The notes beneath the pieces are model-generated. The model was not told the DNA's origin and ran no database searches. It saw nothing but the letters and a program-made list of their open reading frames with translations. Below are positions 55,198 through 64,000 of a stretch of 64,000 nt of DNA, piece by piece. The position numbers and the translations under genes are program-made. The stretch is from an uncultured Candidatus Saccharibacteria bacterium (GTDB lineage Bacteria; Patescibacteriota; Minisyncoccia; Minisyncoccales; 2-12-FULL-40-12), in contig CAZFEY010000001.1 of assembly GCA_964518135.1 (NCBI GenBank), positions 2,856 through 66,855 on the forward strand, given 5' to 3'. Each line of letters opens with the position of its first letter. The stretch's first letter is position 1.

Positions 55198-55656
55198 ATG
55201 GAGCTTTTAAATAATTTTTCAATAGAGATTTTGTGGCAACTATTCTTCGCTGCGGCGTTAGGCGCCTTGATTGGAACAGAGAGAGAATACAAAAGAAAGG
55301 GTGCTGGGTTGCAAACTTATAGCCTGGTTGCTTTGGGATCTTGTCTTTTTACTGTCGTTTTTGTAACTATGTCTTCTTCCGTAGATTCAACAGGAAGTTC
55401 TACTGCGTATGAATCAGCTCGCTTGATTCAAGCCATTGCTACTGGTATTGGTTTTATAGGGGCGGGAGGGATTTTTAGGCAGGCGTCTGGCCCAATAGGG
55501 TTAACTACAGCTACTGGACTGTGGGTTGTGGCTGCGATTGGGGTTGCGGCGGGGTTTCAACTTTACTTTTTGGCAATAATAGTAGCTATTTTAACCATCG
55601 CTATTTTGTTGGGGCTTGGAAGAATAGAAGAAAAATTTTTTAAATCAAGAGAATAA
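55198..55656 (+). CDS. MgtC/SapB family membrane protein
   Basis: 'LGALIGTEREYKRKGAGLQTYSLVALGSCLFT' MgtC signature. Confidence 0.8.
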   Translation: MELLNNFSIEILWQLFFAAALGALIGTEREYKRKGAGLQTYSLVALGSCLFTVVFVTMSSSVDSTGSSTAYESARLIQAIATGIGFIGAGGIFRQASGPIGLTTATGLWVVAAIGVAAGFQLYFLAIIVAILTIAILLGLGRIEEKFFKSRE

Positions 55657-55660
55657 ATTT

Positions 55661-56017
55661 GTGCAAGGTCAAAAGATAATTGGTTTGATTCTATTAATAC
55701 TTGGCATGGCAATTATAGTTTATATTCTTTGGTATTCGTTTAATATTTTTACCGCAAAGATATCGCCTCCAGAGATTTTTAAGACCACAACAGAAAGTAA
55801 TGATAATATTCCTGCGCCCTCTTTAAATTTACAAGGACTAGGAATTGATTTAGAAAAATTAGCAGGAGAACAAATCCAAAAACAGATAGAATCTGTTATG
55901 CCAATGAACGCCGTCCCAAGACTGCTCAACTTGATAAGTTGGTCCATTCTTGCCGGGATTTTCATTTTGGGTGGAAGCCAGATTGCCAACATGGGCATAA
56001 ATTTGATTAAGAAATAG
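55661..56017 (+). CDS. small membrane protein
   Basis: Two hydrophobic helices. Confidence 0.45.
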   Translation: MQGQKIIGLILLILGMAIIVYILWYSFNIFTAKISPPEIFKTTTESNDNIPAPSLNLQGLGIDLEKLAGEQIQKQIESVMPMNAVPRLLNLISWSILAGIFILGGSQIANMGINLIKK

Positions 56018-56032
56018 GTTGTTGGAAAATAT

Positions 56033-57283
56033 ATGCAATTTGTTGCGGATCTTCATATTCATAGTAAATATTCAAGGGCAACGAGTAGAAGTTTAGACTT
56101 AGAAAATTTAGATAAGTGGGCACGCATTAAGGGTATCAAGGTGTTGGCCACGGGCGACTTTACCCATCCGGAATGGTTCAAGGTCCTTAAGGATAAATTA
56201 CGGCCATCGGCTCCGGGTCTTTACTGTTTGAAAACACAACCAGGGGATTCTGGTACTTTTTTTATCTTGAGTGTTGAGATCAGTTGCATCTATTCAAAAG
56301 GCGGCAAGGTAAGAAAGATTCACATTGTAGTATTGGCTCCATCTCTTGAGATTTGCGAGAAAATAAATGCCCGTTTGGGATTTATCGGGAATTTAAAAGC
56401 AGATGGTCGGCCGATTTTGGGGCTTGATGCCAAGGAATTAGTGAAAATAGTTCTAGGCGTTTCTCCAGAGTGCCTAGTGATACCGGCGCACGCTTGGACT
56501 CCTTGGTTTTCCATTTTTGGTTCTCGCTCCGGGTTCGATACTATCGAAGAGTGTTTCGAAGAATATTCTAAATATATCTATGCGATCGAGACTGGGCTAT
56601 CAAGCGATCCGGCAATGAACTGGCGGCTCTCGGCCCTAGACAAAATAACTCTAATCAGTTGTTCAGATGCTCACTCTCCGGCAAAAATAGGCAGAGAGGC
56701 AACAGTTTTTAATTCTGAAATTAGTTATAGCGCAATAATAGAAGCTATTAAAACAAAAGATTTAAACCGCCTTTTGTATACTATCGAATTTTTCCCAGAA
56801 GAAGGAAAATATCATTATGATGGCCATCGTCTTTGCGATGTAAGTTTTCATCCAGGTGAAACAAAAAAATATAATAATATTTGTCCAAAATGCAAAAAGC
56901 TTTTAACAATAGGGGTGCTAAGTAGGGTTAATGAATTGGCCGACAGGAAAGAAGGATTTAAGCCGGAGAATACAGTCCCTTTTAAAAGCCTGATTCCACT
57001 AGAGGAAGTTATTGCTAGTTCTTTTGGCGTAACTGTTGCCTCGAAAAGAGTTCAGAATGAGTATGAAAATCTAATTAAAAAAATTGGCAGCGAATTCAAA
57101 ATTTTACTGTCAGCCTCGGTAGAAGATTTGAATTCTGTTACTTTCCCCGAGGTTTCAGAAGGTATTTTAAAGGTAAGAGATGGAAAAGTTGATATTATTC
57201 CGGGGTATGATGGTGTTTTTGGAAGAATTAATATTCCAAGATCTGCAGGAGAAGCCTTGCTTGATCAAAAAAGCTTATTCTAG
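56033..57283 (+). CDS. PHP-domain protein, endonuclease Q (EndoQ/TIGR00375)-like
   Basis: 'ADLHIHSKYSRATS...VLATGDFTHPEW' PHP N-terminus and 'CPKCKK' zinc-finger-like element as in EndoQ. Confidence 0.55.
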   Translation: MQFVADLHIHSKYSRATSRSLDLENLDKWARIKGIKVLATGDFTHPEWFKVLKDKLRPSAPGLYCLKTQPGDSGTFFILSVEISCIYSKGGKVRKIHIVVLAPSLEICEKINARLGFIGNLKADGRPILGLDAKELVKIVLGVSPECLVIPAHAWTPWFSIFGSRSGFDTIEECFEEYSKYIYAIETGLSSDPAMNWRLSALDKITLISCSDAHSPAKIGREATVFNSEISYSAIIEAIKTKDLNRLLYTIEFFPEEGKYHYDGHRLCDVSFHPGETKKYNNICPKCKKLLTIGVLSRVNELADRKEGFKPENTVPFKSLIPLEEVIASSFGVTVASKRVQNEYENLIKKIGSEFKILLSASVEDLNSVTFPEVSEGILKVRDGKVDIIPGYDGVFGRINIPRSAGEALLDQKSLF

Positions 57284-57303
57284 TTGAAGAGATTTGAATA
57301 GGG

Positions 57304-57380
57304 GTTGACAAGTTTAATACAGGGAGTATTATGAAAATAGGAAACTATAGTATTGACATGCGAATCGCTAGACACTACAA
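57304..57380 (+). promoter_or_regulatory. tandem sigma70-like promoters upstream of greA (TTGACA-N17-TATTAT; TTGACA-N17-TACAAT) followed by about 160-nt structured leader
   Basis: Hexamers read directly; leader contains hairpins (ctgccctttgcatcaaggcag). Confidence 0.45.
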
Positions 57381-57544
57381 TAGACCAACCGAAAAAGAAG
57401 TACTTACAACTAAGGTATGGTTTTTTTCTGCCCTTTGCATCAAGGCAGATTACCAACACGAGGGGGTCTAGAAGAAATGAAACACCAGCTTATGGCCAAA
57501 AAAGATGATCTTCGCCTCCTCGCCCAGGGAGGCCTTTTACTCCT

Positions 57545-58024
57545 ATGATGAATCAAAAAAAGTTTTATTTAACAAAAGATGGGTTGGAAAAGATCAAAAA
57601 AGAGTACGATAAGCTCAAAAATCTTCGATTGATGAAGATTAAAAATGAAGCGCCCCGTACTTGGCAGTCAGAAGATTTAAATCCTGAATACCTTGCTTTT
57701 CAGGAAGATTTGAGTTTCTTTGAATCTAGGATTTACGAGCTAGAACACGTTCTAAAAAATGTAGAACTAATCAAAACCCCTCCAAAAGCGACGCAAGACG
57801 CAGTTCAACTGGGGGCCACGGTGACTCTTGAGGAAGAAGGAGGTAGAGTTAACGAGTTCGTAATCGTTGGGATGCTTGAAGCAAGTCCTGGAGAGGGAAA
57901 AATCTCTTCCGATTCTCCTGTTGGCAAAGCTTTGATAAATAAAAAGAAAGGAGAGGAGGTGGTTATTACTTCTCCTATCAGAGTGGTTTATAGAATTAAG
58001 AATATAAAATATCATCTTTCTTAG
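57545..58024 (+). CDS. greA: transcription elongation factor GreA
   Basis: 'YLTKDGLEKIKKEYDKL' coiled-coil N-domain and FKBP-like C-domain. Confidence 0.9.
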   Translation: MMNQKKFYLTKDGLEKIKKEYDKLKNLRLMKIKNEAPRTWQSEDLNPEYLAFQEDLSFFESRIYELEHVLKNVELIKTPPKATQDAVQLGATVTLEEEGGRVNEFVIVGMLEASPGEGKISSDSPVGKALINKKKGEEVVITSPIRVVYRIKNIKYHLS

Positions 58025-58047
58025 ATCGGTCGTCTAGTTTGAAAATG

Positions 58048-58086
58048 TGTTAAAATGAGCTTACTTAAATAGTGAGCTCATTTTCT
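58048..58086 (+). terminator. hairpin (AATGAGCTT / GAGCTCATT, 9 bp) followed by TTTTCT
   Basis: Read directly; weak U-tract. Confidence 0.4.
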
Positions 58087-59436
58087 ATGAAAGCCATTAT
58101 TGATTTATTATTAAAGACCAAGAAGATAGAAGAGCTGCGTCGAGTAGGTTGGGTTTTGATGCGGGTTAAAGACCCAGAAACCGTCACTGAGCACACCTTC
58201 CGTCTTTCCATACTTACAACTTTATTTGCAGAGATGATGGGATTAAACGTTGAAAAGGCGATTAAGATTGCCATTTTCCATGATCTTTGCGAAATTCACA
58301 GCGGAGACATTACCACGCTTCTTTATCATCCCGAATTCCGTAATGTTAAAAACGCAAAAGATCGAAAAAAGATCGAAATGAAATGGGCCCGACTTTCTGC
58401 ACGGGAAAAGAAAAAGATAGGCGGATTAAAGTTTAGAAAAGAGAAAAATGCCCTAGAGAAATTAATAAAATATTTACCAAACAAGATAAGGCACGAAATT
58501 TTTTCTTATTGGGTAGAATATGAAAAGGGTGTCTCAAAAGAAGGTCGGCTGGTAAGACAGCTTAATAGCGTAGAAACCCTGATTCAGTCTATTGAGTATT
58601 TTGGAGCAAACGAGAAGAAATCTGGCAGTACGTGGTGGGAATCAACTGAAGAAATCGCAGAGGACCATTTAGTGCTGGAATTTTTAGAGGTGATACAAGA
58701 AAAGTTATATCATGGCAAAAGAGTAAAGACAAAAAAGAACTTGGAAGGCATTTTAGATTTTATTATGGCGGTTGGTAAATTAAAAAAGATCCCGCGCAAG
58801 GGATGGGTTTTGAGAGGAGTCAAAAACCCGGAAACAGTAGCGGCACACAGCTTTAGCATGTCTTTGATGGCGTGGTTGATTTTAAGATCCAGAAACTTAA
58901 AATTACACCAAGAGAAATTGCTGAAAATGGTGCTTTATCATGAGCTTTCCAGGGTTTATTCAGAAGAAATGACGCCCTACGATAGCGTGTTGACGGGTAG
59001 AAATGCCAAGACCAAAAAGGATATTTTAAAACAATGGGTTCGATTATCCAGAAAAGAGAAATCAGAAACCTTCCTTAGGGATTATCGTAAAGAAAAAATT
59101 GCTATAAAGAAATTAGCATCCATTTTGGATGATAAGCGCAGAGAAGAAATAATGCTACTTTGGGAAGAATTTAAAGCCGGTAGTTCTTCGGAGGGATATT
59201 TCTTAAACCAAATAGAGGCCGTATCTACTCTTTTTAAGTCTCTAGTGTATTTTAGTGAAAAAAATAGTTCTTTTGTTGGACCGTTTTGGGAGTGGGCTTT
59301 TGAATCAGTTGACAATCCTGCGATTATTGAATTTATGGATGAATTAAAGAAAAAATTCAACAAAAAAAATCTATTTTCTGCTCCTCTCGTTTTCCTGTCT
59401 TTTTTGCAGGAGCGTTTCAATAAAAAAATAAAATGA
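58087..59436 (+). CDS. tandem HD-domain protein (two YfbR-like 5'-deoxynucleotidase-type HD domains)
   Basis: Two copies of 'RVGWVLMRVKDPETV.EHTFR' / 'RKGWVLRGVKNPETVAAHSF' and H..D metal motifs. Confidence 0.65.
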   Translation: MKAIIDLLLKTKKIEELRRVGWVLMRVKDPETVTEHTFRLSILTTLFAEMMGLNVEKAIKIAIFHDLCEIHSGDITTLLYHPEFRNVKNAKDRKKIEMKWARLSAREKKKIGGLKFRKEKNALEKLIKYLPNKIRHEIFSYWVEYEKGVSKEGRLVRQLNSVETLIQSIEYFGANEKKSGSTWWESTEEIAEDHLVLEFLEVIQEKLYHGKRVKTKKNLEGILDFIMAVGKLKKIPRKGWVLRGVKNPETVAAHSFSMSLMAWLILRSRNLKLHQEKLLKMVLYHELSRVYSEEMTPYDSVLTGRNAKTKKDILKQWVRLSRKEKSETFLRDYRKEKIAIKKLASILDDKRREEIMLLWEEFKAGSSSEGYFLNQIEAVSTLFKSLVYFSEKNSSFVGPFWEWAFESVDNPAIIEFMDELKKKFNKKNLFSAPLVFLSFLQERFNKKIK

Positions 59437-59508
59437 AATTCCCAATCTCAACCAAAAGGGATAACGACGTAATTGATATAATGGTTAACATAATAAAAAC
59501 CGTCTAAA

Positions 59509-60153
59509 ATGCAGCAACTAATTAATAAAGTAATAAAAGTTTTGATTTTGTCTGATATTGTTCTATTGACTGGTTTTGGTTTCGTGACACCAATTTTCGC
59601 AATTTTCTTAAGCGAGAATATCAGAGGGGGTAACGTTGAGGTTGCTGGTTTTGCCTCCGCGGTTTATTGGATAGTGATGTCGATAGTTGTTATTCCGCTT
59701 GGTAAATATTTAGACAGTTCTCGTGGAGAAAAAGATGACCTTTGGTTTGTGGTAATAGGTAATCTTCTAGCTGCTTTTGCTGTCTTTGGATACATCTTTT
59801 CTAAGCTTCCTTGGCACATCTATTTTTTGCAGGCTATTTATGCTATTGGAATGGGGATGAATGTACCCGGTTACTCTGCTATCTTCACTAGACACATTGA
59901 TAAGGGAAGAGAGGCTTTGGGCTGGAGCGTAAGAACGGCTTTAGTTGGGATGGGTGCGGGTGCAGCAGGAGCTCTAGGAGGAATGATTGCCTCCCGTCTC
60001 GGCTTTACATTTCTTTTTGTGATAGTAGGGATAATTATTCTTATTAGCGCCATTTTGCCTCTTTTAATTTCAAAAGAGATATTTTCTAAAGATGGAATAA
60101 TGCCGAGTATTCATAAAATTACAACAATCCAACCGCCATCTCCAAAAGAATGA
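59509..60153 (+). CDS. polytopic membrane protein (transporter fragment-like, 6 TM)
   Basis: Hydrophobicity pattern only. Confidence 0.45.
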   Translation: MQQLINKVIKVLILSDIVLLTGFGFVTPIFAIFLSENIRGGNVEVAGFASAVYWIVMSIVVIPLGKYLDSSRGEKDDLWFVVIGNLLAAFAVFGYIFSKLPWHIYFLQAIYAIGMGMNVPGYSAIFTRHIDKGREALGWSVRTALVGMGAGAAGALGGMIASRLGFTFLFVIVGIIILISAILPLLISKEIFSKDGIMPSIHKITTIQPPSPKE

Positions 60154-61874
60154 AAAATCAGGTATTAGCCAAAATACTTAACGAGATTGCAGATTATCTA
60201 TCAACAGAGGAAACTGCATTTAAGCCATATGCTTACCAAAGAGCTGCTTTATCTATAGAGTCTCTTAAGGATGACGTAGGGGATATTTACCGCGCAGGAG
60301 GAATAAAGGCTCTAGAGGAAATTCCGGGCGTTGGTAAAAGTATTGCCGAGAAAATAGAAGAATATATAAAGACTGGAAAAATAAAATATCATCAACAACT
60401 TAAAAAACGTTTACCTTTAGATATCGAAGGAATTATTGCGGTCGAGGGCATGGGTCCTAAAAAAGCAAAGGCGCTTTATCAAAAATTGGGGGTGCGAGAC
60501 GTTAAAGATTTAGAAAAAGCGGCGAAACAACATAAGATAGCGTCGCTTTTTGGTTTTGGCGAAAAAACGGAAAAGAATATTTTAGAAAGCATAACTTTCC
60601 TCAAGAGAAACAAGGGTAGATTTCTGTTAGGTGAAATTTTCCCCAAGGTGAAAGAAGTATTCGATGAATTATCAGTATTAGAAGACGTAGAAAATATATC
60701 TTTGGCGGGATCTGTTAGGCGCAGAGAAGAAACAATTGGCGATGTAGATTTTTTGGTTATTTCCAAAAATCCCGAGAGAATAATGGATTATTTTGTATCT
60801 CTGCCGGGCGTAGTTAAAATTTGGGGCAAGGGTCGGACAAAATCATCTGTAAGAACGGCAGAAGGATTCGATATGGATATTAGGGTGGTACCAGCTAAAT
60901 CTTATGGCGCAGCCCTACAGTATTTTACCGGCTCCAAAGAGCATAATATCGTTGTTCGTACTATTGCCATGAATAAAGGGTTGAAGCTTTCAGAGTACAG
61001 TCTTTTTAAGGGTCAAAGAATGATCGCCAGCGAAACAGAAGAAGAGATTTATAAGATTTTGGGCATGCAAACGCCTCCGCCAGAAATAAGGGAAAACAAG
61101 GGGGAAATAGAAGCTGCTATCCAGGGTAAATTACCAAAATTGATAGAACAAAGAGATATAAAAGGAGATTTGCATTGTCATTCTGATTGGGACGGTGGGG
61201 CTAATTCTGTTTTAGAATTAGCAAAAGCCGCTAAAGAGATGAGCTATGAGTATATTGGGATTTCCGACCATACCAAATTCTTGCGGATCGAAAAAGGCCT
61301 TAACGAACAACAATTACTGCGCCAGAGCAAGGAAATAAAAAAAATCAATGATAAATTTCGTACTTCTAGGTCCAAATTTTGTATTTTGCACGGCTGCGAA
61401 GCTAATATTATGCCTAATGGTTCAATAGATATCAAGGATGAAGTTTTACAAGGATTAGATTATGTTATTGCAGGGGTCCACTCTAGCTTGAAAATGGATA
61501 AAACAAAAATGACAGATAGAATTATTAATGCCATGAAGAATCCAAACGTAGATATTATTTCTCATCCCACGGGGAGACTCATCAATAGAAGGGATGAGTA
61601 TCGGATGGATTTTGATAAAATTCTTAAGGTTGCAAAAGAAACGGAAACGATTTTAGAAATTAACTCCTCGCCAGTCAGACTGGATTTAAAAGATCAGGAC
61701 ATCCGTTACGCCAAAGAGGTTGGTGTTAAAATGATTATCAATACGGATTCGCATCATAAAGACCAACTGCGATTTATGGAGTTTGGCGTATCTCAAGCTA
61801 GGCGCGGTTGGGCAGAGAAAAAAGATATTATAAATACTAATTCAGTAGAAGAATTGCTTAAATTTTTTGAATAA
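60150..61874 (+). CDS. polX: family X DNA polymerase with C-terminal PHP domain
   Basis: HhH motifs, 'GSVRRREETIGDVDFLV' Pol-beta palm, PHP 'GDLHCHSDWDGG'. Confidence 0.85.
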   Translation: MKNQVLAKILNEIADYLSTEETAFKPYAYQRAALSIESLKDDVGDIYRAGGIKALEEIPGVGKSIAEKIEEYIKTGKIKYHQQLKKRLPLDIEGIIAVEGMGPKKAKALYQKLGVRDVKDLEKAAKQHKIASLFGFGEKTEKNILESITFLKRNKGRFLLGEIFPKVKEVFDELSVLEDVENISLAGSVRRREETIGDVDFLVISKNPERIMDYFVSLPGVVKIWGKGRTKSSVRTAEGFDMDIRVVPAKSYGAALQYFTGSKEHNIVVRTIAMNKGLKLSEYSLFKGQRMIASETEEEIYKILGMQTPPPEIRENKGEIEAAIQGKLPKLIEQRDIKGDLHCHSDWDGGANSVLELAKAAKEMSYEYIGISDHTKFLRIEKGLNEQQLLRQSKEIKKINDKFRTSRSKFCILHGCEANIMPNGSIDIKDEVLQGLDYVIAGVHSSLKMDKTKMTDRIINAMKNPNVDIISHPTGRLINRRDEYRMDFDKILKVAKETETILEINSSPVRLDLKDQDIRYAKEVGVKMIINTDSHHKDQLRFMEFGVSQARRGWAEKKDIINTNSVEELLKFFE

Positions 61875-61876
61875 TC

Positions 61877-62323
61877 ATGCCCATTAGAAAATCTGCTGGA
61901 GCAATAATTTTTCATAAAGAGAATAATCAGGTTTATTATCTGCTTTTAGAATATCCATCTTCTTTGAGAAATGACAAAAAATATTGGGGATTTTCCAAGG
62001 GTACGATGGAGCAAGGAGAAGAAGAGATGGATACGATAATAAGAGAAATTAAAGAAGAGACAGGTCTCGAAGACTTAGATTTCGTAGAAGGATTTAAAGA
62101 GACAGAAAAATATTTTTTCAAAGAAGAGGGTAAAACTATTTTTAAAACAGTTAGCTATTTATTGGCAGAAACAAGGACTAAAGAGGTTAAAATTTCCCAC
62201 GAGCATTTAAGTTTTACTTGGTTATCCTATGAAGAAGCGTTGAAGAAATTAACATTTAAAAATGCCAAAGAAATTCTCAAAAAAGCCAATTCATACTTGA
62301 CAGATTGTAGTAGCAGTCCATAA
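61877..62323 (+). CDS. NUDIX hydrolase
   Basis: Nudix box 'GTMEQGEEEMDTIIREIKEETGL'. Confidence 0.8.
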   Translation: MPIRKSAGAIIFHKENNQVYYLLLEYPSSLRNDKKYWGFSKGTMEQGEEEMDTIIREIKEETGLEDLDFVEGFKETEKYFFKEEGKTIFKTVSYLLAETRTKEVKISHEHLSFTWLSYEEALKKLTFKNAKEILKKANSYLTDCSSSP

Positions 62324-62373
62324 TATAAATTATAATTATTTTGGAAAGAACCTTGGAGAAAGGAGGTATTAAA

Positions 62374-62547
62374 ATGAAAAAAGTGTTCCAAGGATTGAAG
62401 AACCCCTTCGCGCAAGGAGCCGTAATAATCATTATCTGTCTTGTTTTGGGAATATGGGATCCGGTGGGGTTCTTTGTTGGGATGATTGCCTTTATGGGTC
62501 TCGTTGCCATCTTCTGTGCAAAGAAAGCCGGATTAATCGATCTTTAA
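62374..62547 (+). CDS. small membrane protein (57 aa)
   Basis: AGGAGG RBS 8 nt upstream of ATG; two hydrophobic helices. Confidence 0.4.
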   Translation: MKKVFQGLKNPFAQGAVIIIICLVLGIWDPVGFFVGMIAFMGLVAIFCAKKAGLIDL

Positions 62548-62569
62548 CCCGGAGAATTCGCGAGATCAT

Positions 62570-62605
62570 TAAGCTTTCAGTATCTTGCTGAAAGCTTTTT
62601 CTTTT
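62570..62605 (+). terminator. Rho-independent terminator (aagctttcag-N7-ctgaaagctt + TTTTCTTTTCT)
   Basis: 10-bp perfect stem read directly. Confidence 0.65.
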
Positions 62606-62706
62606 CTAAAATTTTAAGAAATAAGATAAAATAAATTGACAAAAAAGGGTTATGATCAATAAAACTGCCGGGTGGCAGTTTTATTGTTAATTCTAGGGTT
62701 TAATTA

Positions 62707-63054
62707 TTATTTTTTAACTTCTTTGACGATTTTCTCAAAGATATCCGGATGTTTTTCTACGAGTTCTGATAGTATTTTTCGATTCAGCTCTATTTTTGCA
62801 TCTTTAAGGTTTTTTATGAATTTGCTATAGCTTAAACCGTATTTTTTACAAGTGGATCCGATTTTTGTTTGCCAAAGCTGTCTAGATGTTCTCTTTTTGA
62901 CCTTTCTATCGCGATAAGAATAAGTCCAAGCATGCTGCATTGCATCTTTTGCTAGTTTGTATTTTGATTTTCTACCCCAGCGAAAACCCTTGGCGTGTTT
63001 CAAAATGTTTTTTCTCCTCTTGTTGGCTGTTTTCCCTCTTTTTACTCTAGTCAT
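62707..63054 (-). CDS. rplT: 50S ribosomal protein L20
   Basis: 'MTRVKRGKTANKRRKNILKHAKGFRWGRK' L20 signature. Confidence 0.95.
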   Translation of the reverse strand: MTRVKRGKTANKRRKNILKHAKGFRWGRKSKYKLAKDAMQHAWTYSYRDRKVKKRTSRQLWQTKIGSTCKKYGLSYSKFIKNLKDAKIELNRKILSELVEKHPDIFEKIVKEVKK

Positions 63055-63065
63055 ATTATTTACGC

Positions 63066-63098
63066 AACAAGCTTGTTTATTGACATAACAAACTTGTT
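63066..63098. promoter_or_regulatory. two 12-bp palindromes AACAAGCTTGTT (63066-63077) and AACAAACTTGTT (63087-63098) between rpmI and rplT
   Basis: Second is exact reverse complement of AACAAGTTTGTT found at 39117-39128. Confidence 0.45.
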
Positions 63099-63286
63099 CA
63101 CTTTAAACTGATAAGTTTTTTGATTTTTTTCATCTCTGATTTTGATAATTGTATCCATTTTCTGCCTTTTCTGACAGCTTCTCCGGATTTTTTTGCGCGA
63201 TAATGGTCTTGTCCGGTGGGTCGTCTTAGAATCTTACCGGTCTTGGTTATTTTAAATCTTTTCGTGATCGATTTTCTTGTTTTCAT
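63098..63286 (-). CDS. rpmI: 50S ribosomal protein L35
   Basis: 'MKTRKSITKRFKITKTGKILRR' L35 signature. Confidence 0.9.
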   Translation of the reverse strand: MKTRKSITKRFKITKTGKILRRPTGQDHYRAKKSGEAVRKGRKWIQLSKSEMKKIKKLISLK

Positions 63287-63303
63287 GTTGTTTCTAATGG
63301 TAA

Positions 63304-63810
63304 TTATGTTTTTGATACTATAACGGTAAAACCCCTCGCCTCTCTTTTTAATTCTCTTTCTGTCTTAATTGGAACTAAATTTCCGAGACTATTGAGAAAT
63401 TGATTCATTTTTTCTTTTCCGATATCGGATAGCGATTTCTCTCTACCTCTTAAAACCAGTTCTACTCTTACCTTATGCCCTTTTTTTAAAAATTTTTCAG
63501 CCAATTTAACTTTGATTTCGGTATCGTGTTGAGAGGTTTTAAACCCTAGTCTTATATTCTTGATTTCATTATGTGTCCTTCCGACCGTCTTCTCTCTTTG
63601 TTTGACACGATATAAATATTTTCCGTAATTTCCTATCTTGCAAACTGGCGGATCAACCTTTTCTGTTACCTGTATTAAATCTAAATTGCGCTCCATCGAT
63701 ATGCGGAGCGCCTCTTGTGTTAATAGTACGCCTAACTGTTCGCCTAACTCGTCTACCACTCTTACCTTCTCTGCTCTTATTTGATTATTTACCAAGGGTC
63801 GTTTTATCAA
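63304..63810 (-). CDS. infC: translation initiation factor IF-3
   Basis: 'IRAEKVRVVDELGEQLGVL' N-domain, C-domain 'RELKREARGF'. Confidence 0.9.
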   Translation of the reverse strand: MIKRPLVNNQIRAEKVRVVDELGEQLGVLLTQEALRISMERNLDLIQVTEKVDPPVCKIGNYGKYLYRVKQREKTVGRTHNEIKNIRLGFKTSQHDTEIKVKLAEKFLKKGHKVRVELVLRGREKSLSDIGKEKMNQFLNSLGNLVPIKTERELKREARGFTVIVSKT

Positions 63811-63835
63811 AACTATTTATTTAAAAAATTTTTAT

Positions 63836-63960
63836 AGTGGAGGCGGAGGGGTTGAACCCTCGTCCGAAAATTAATTCAGAAATAAATCTACAAACTTAGC
63901 CAGGTTTGTTTTGGAACGAAAAGTATAAAATCTGGCAAAACCCTTTCGTTCTTTGCCTTT
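63836..63960 (-). promoter_or_regulatory. structured 5' leader of infC-rpmI-rplT operon (8-bp hairpin GAACGAAA/TTTCGTTC; tRNA-like T-arm + ...CCTCCA 3' end); possible L20-type autoregulatory leader
   Basis: RC contains GAGGG-TTCAAC-CCCTC T-arm-like hairpin adjacent to CGCCTCCA; no matching 5' acceptor strand, so not a complete tRNA. Confidence 0.3.
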
Positions 63961-64000
63961 GTTTTTGATAGCTCTCCAGGCACTAGAGTTATCTATCTCG

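Overview
This 64-kb window is low-GC (roughly 35-40% by eye) bacterial chromosome with Candidate Phyla Radiation (CPR)/Patescibacteria-like traits: compact housekeeping genes, lamin-tail-domain and giant surface proteins, and tRNAs mostly lacking an encoded CCA. Standard code is assumed because rpmH ends in TGA.

The replication origin region is present: rpmH-rnpA-yidC-jag on the minus strand, dnaA-dnaN on the plus strand, and two perfect DnaA boxes between dnaA and dnaN. Core genes recognised include rny, clpP, nusA, cca, rpsO-pnp, yifB/comM, rsmA, a PBP1A, tyrS, ruvC, yebC, greA, a PolX, a NUDIX hydrolase and infC-rpmI-rplT.

Accessory content:
- A 2390-aa membrane-anchored giant surface protein with beta-helix repeats and nine 25-aa Cys-pair repeats.
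- A tRNA cluster (Ala, Pro, Arg, Lys) interleaved with two small GIY-YIG nuclease cassettes. One cassette sits at the 3' end of rny between a 12-bp direct duplication and inverted repeats. The cluster also holds tRNA-like remnants that nest intact tRNAs and a conserved tRNA-like element.
- A ~14.5-kb type-IV-secretion-like locus at 27978-42473, with gene order resembling Gram-positive systems: a PrgI/VirB3-like protein, a two-gene VirB4, a VirB6-like membrane protein and an NlpC/P60 hydrolase. Its two-helix VirB2/TrbC-like pilin domains are fused to very large Cys-rich ectodomains, and a third pilin paralog stands alone between tRNA-Arg and tRNA-Lys. This locus is the most likely candidate for a new system in the window.
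- Several GC-rich islands, candidate structured RNAs and a recurring GAACAAGTTTGTT operator-like motif.

All calls rest on reading the sequence and motif recall; no database searches were run.
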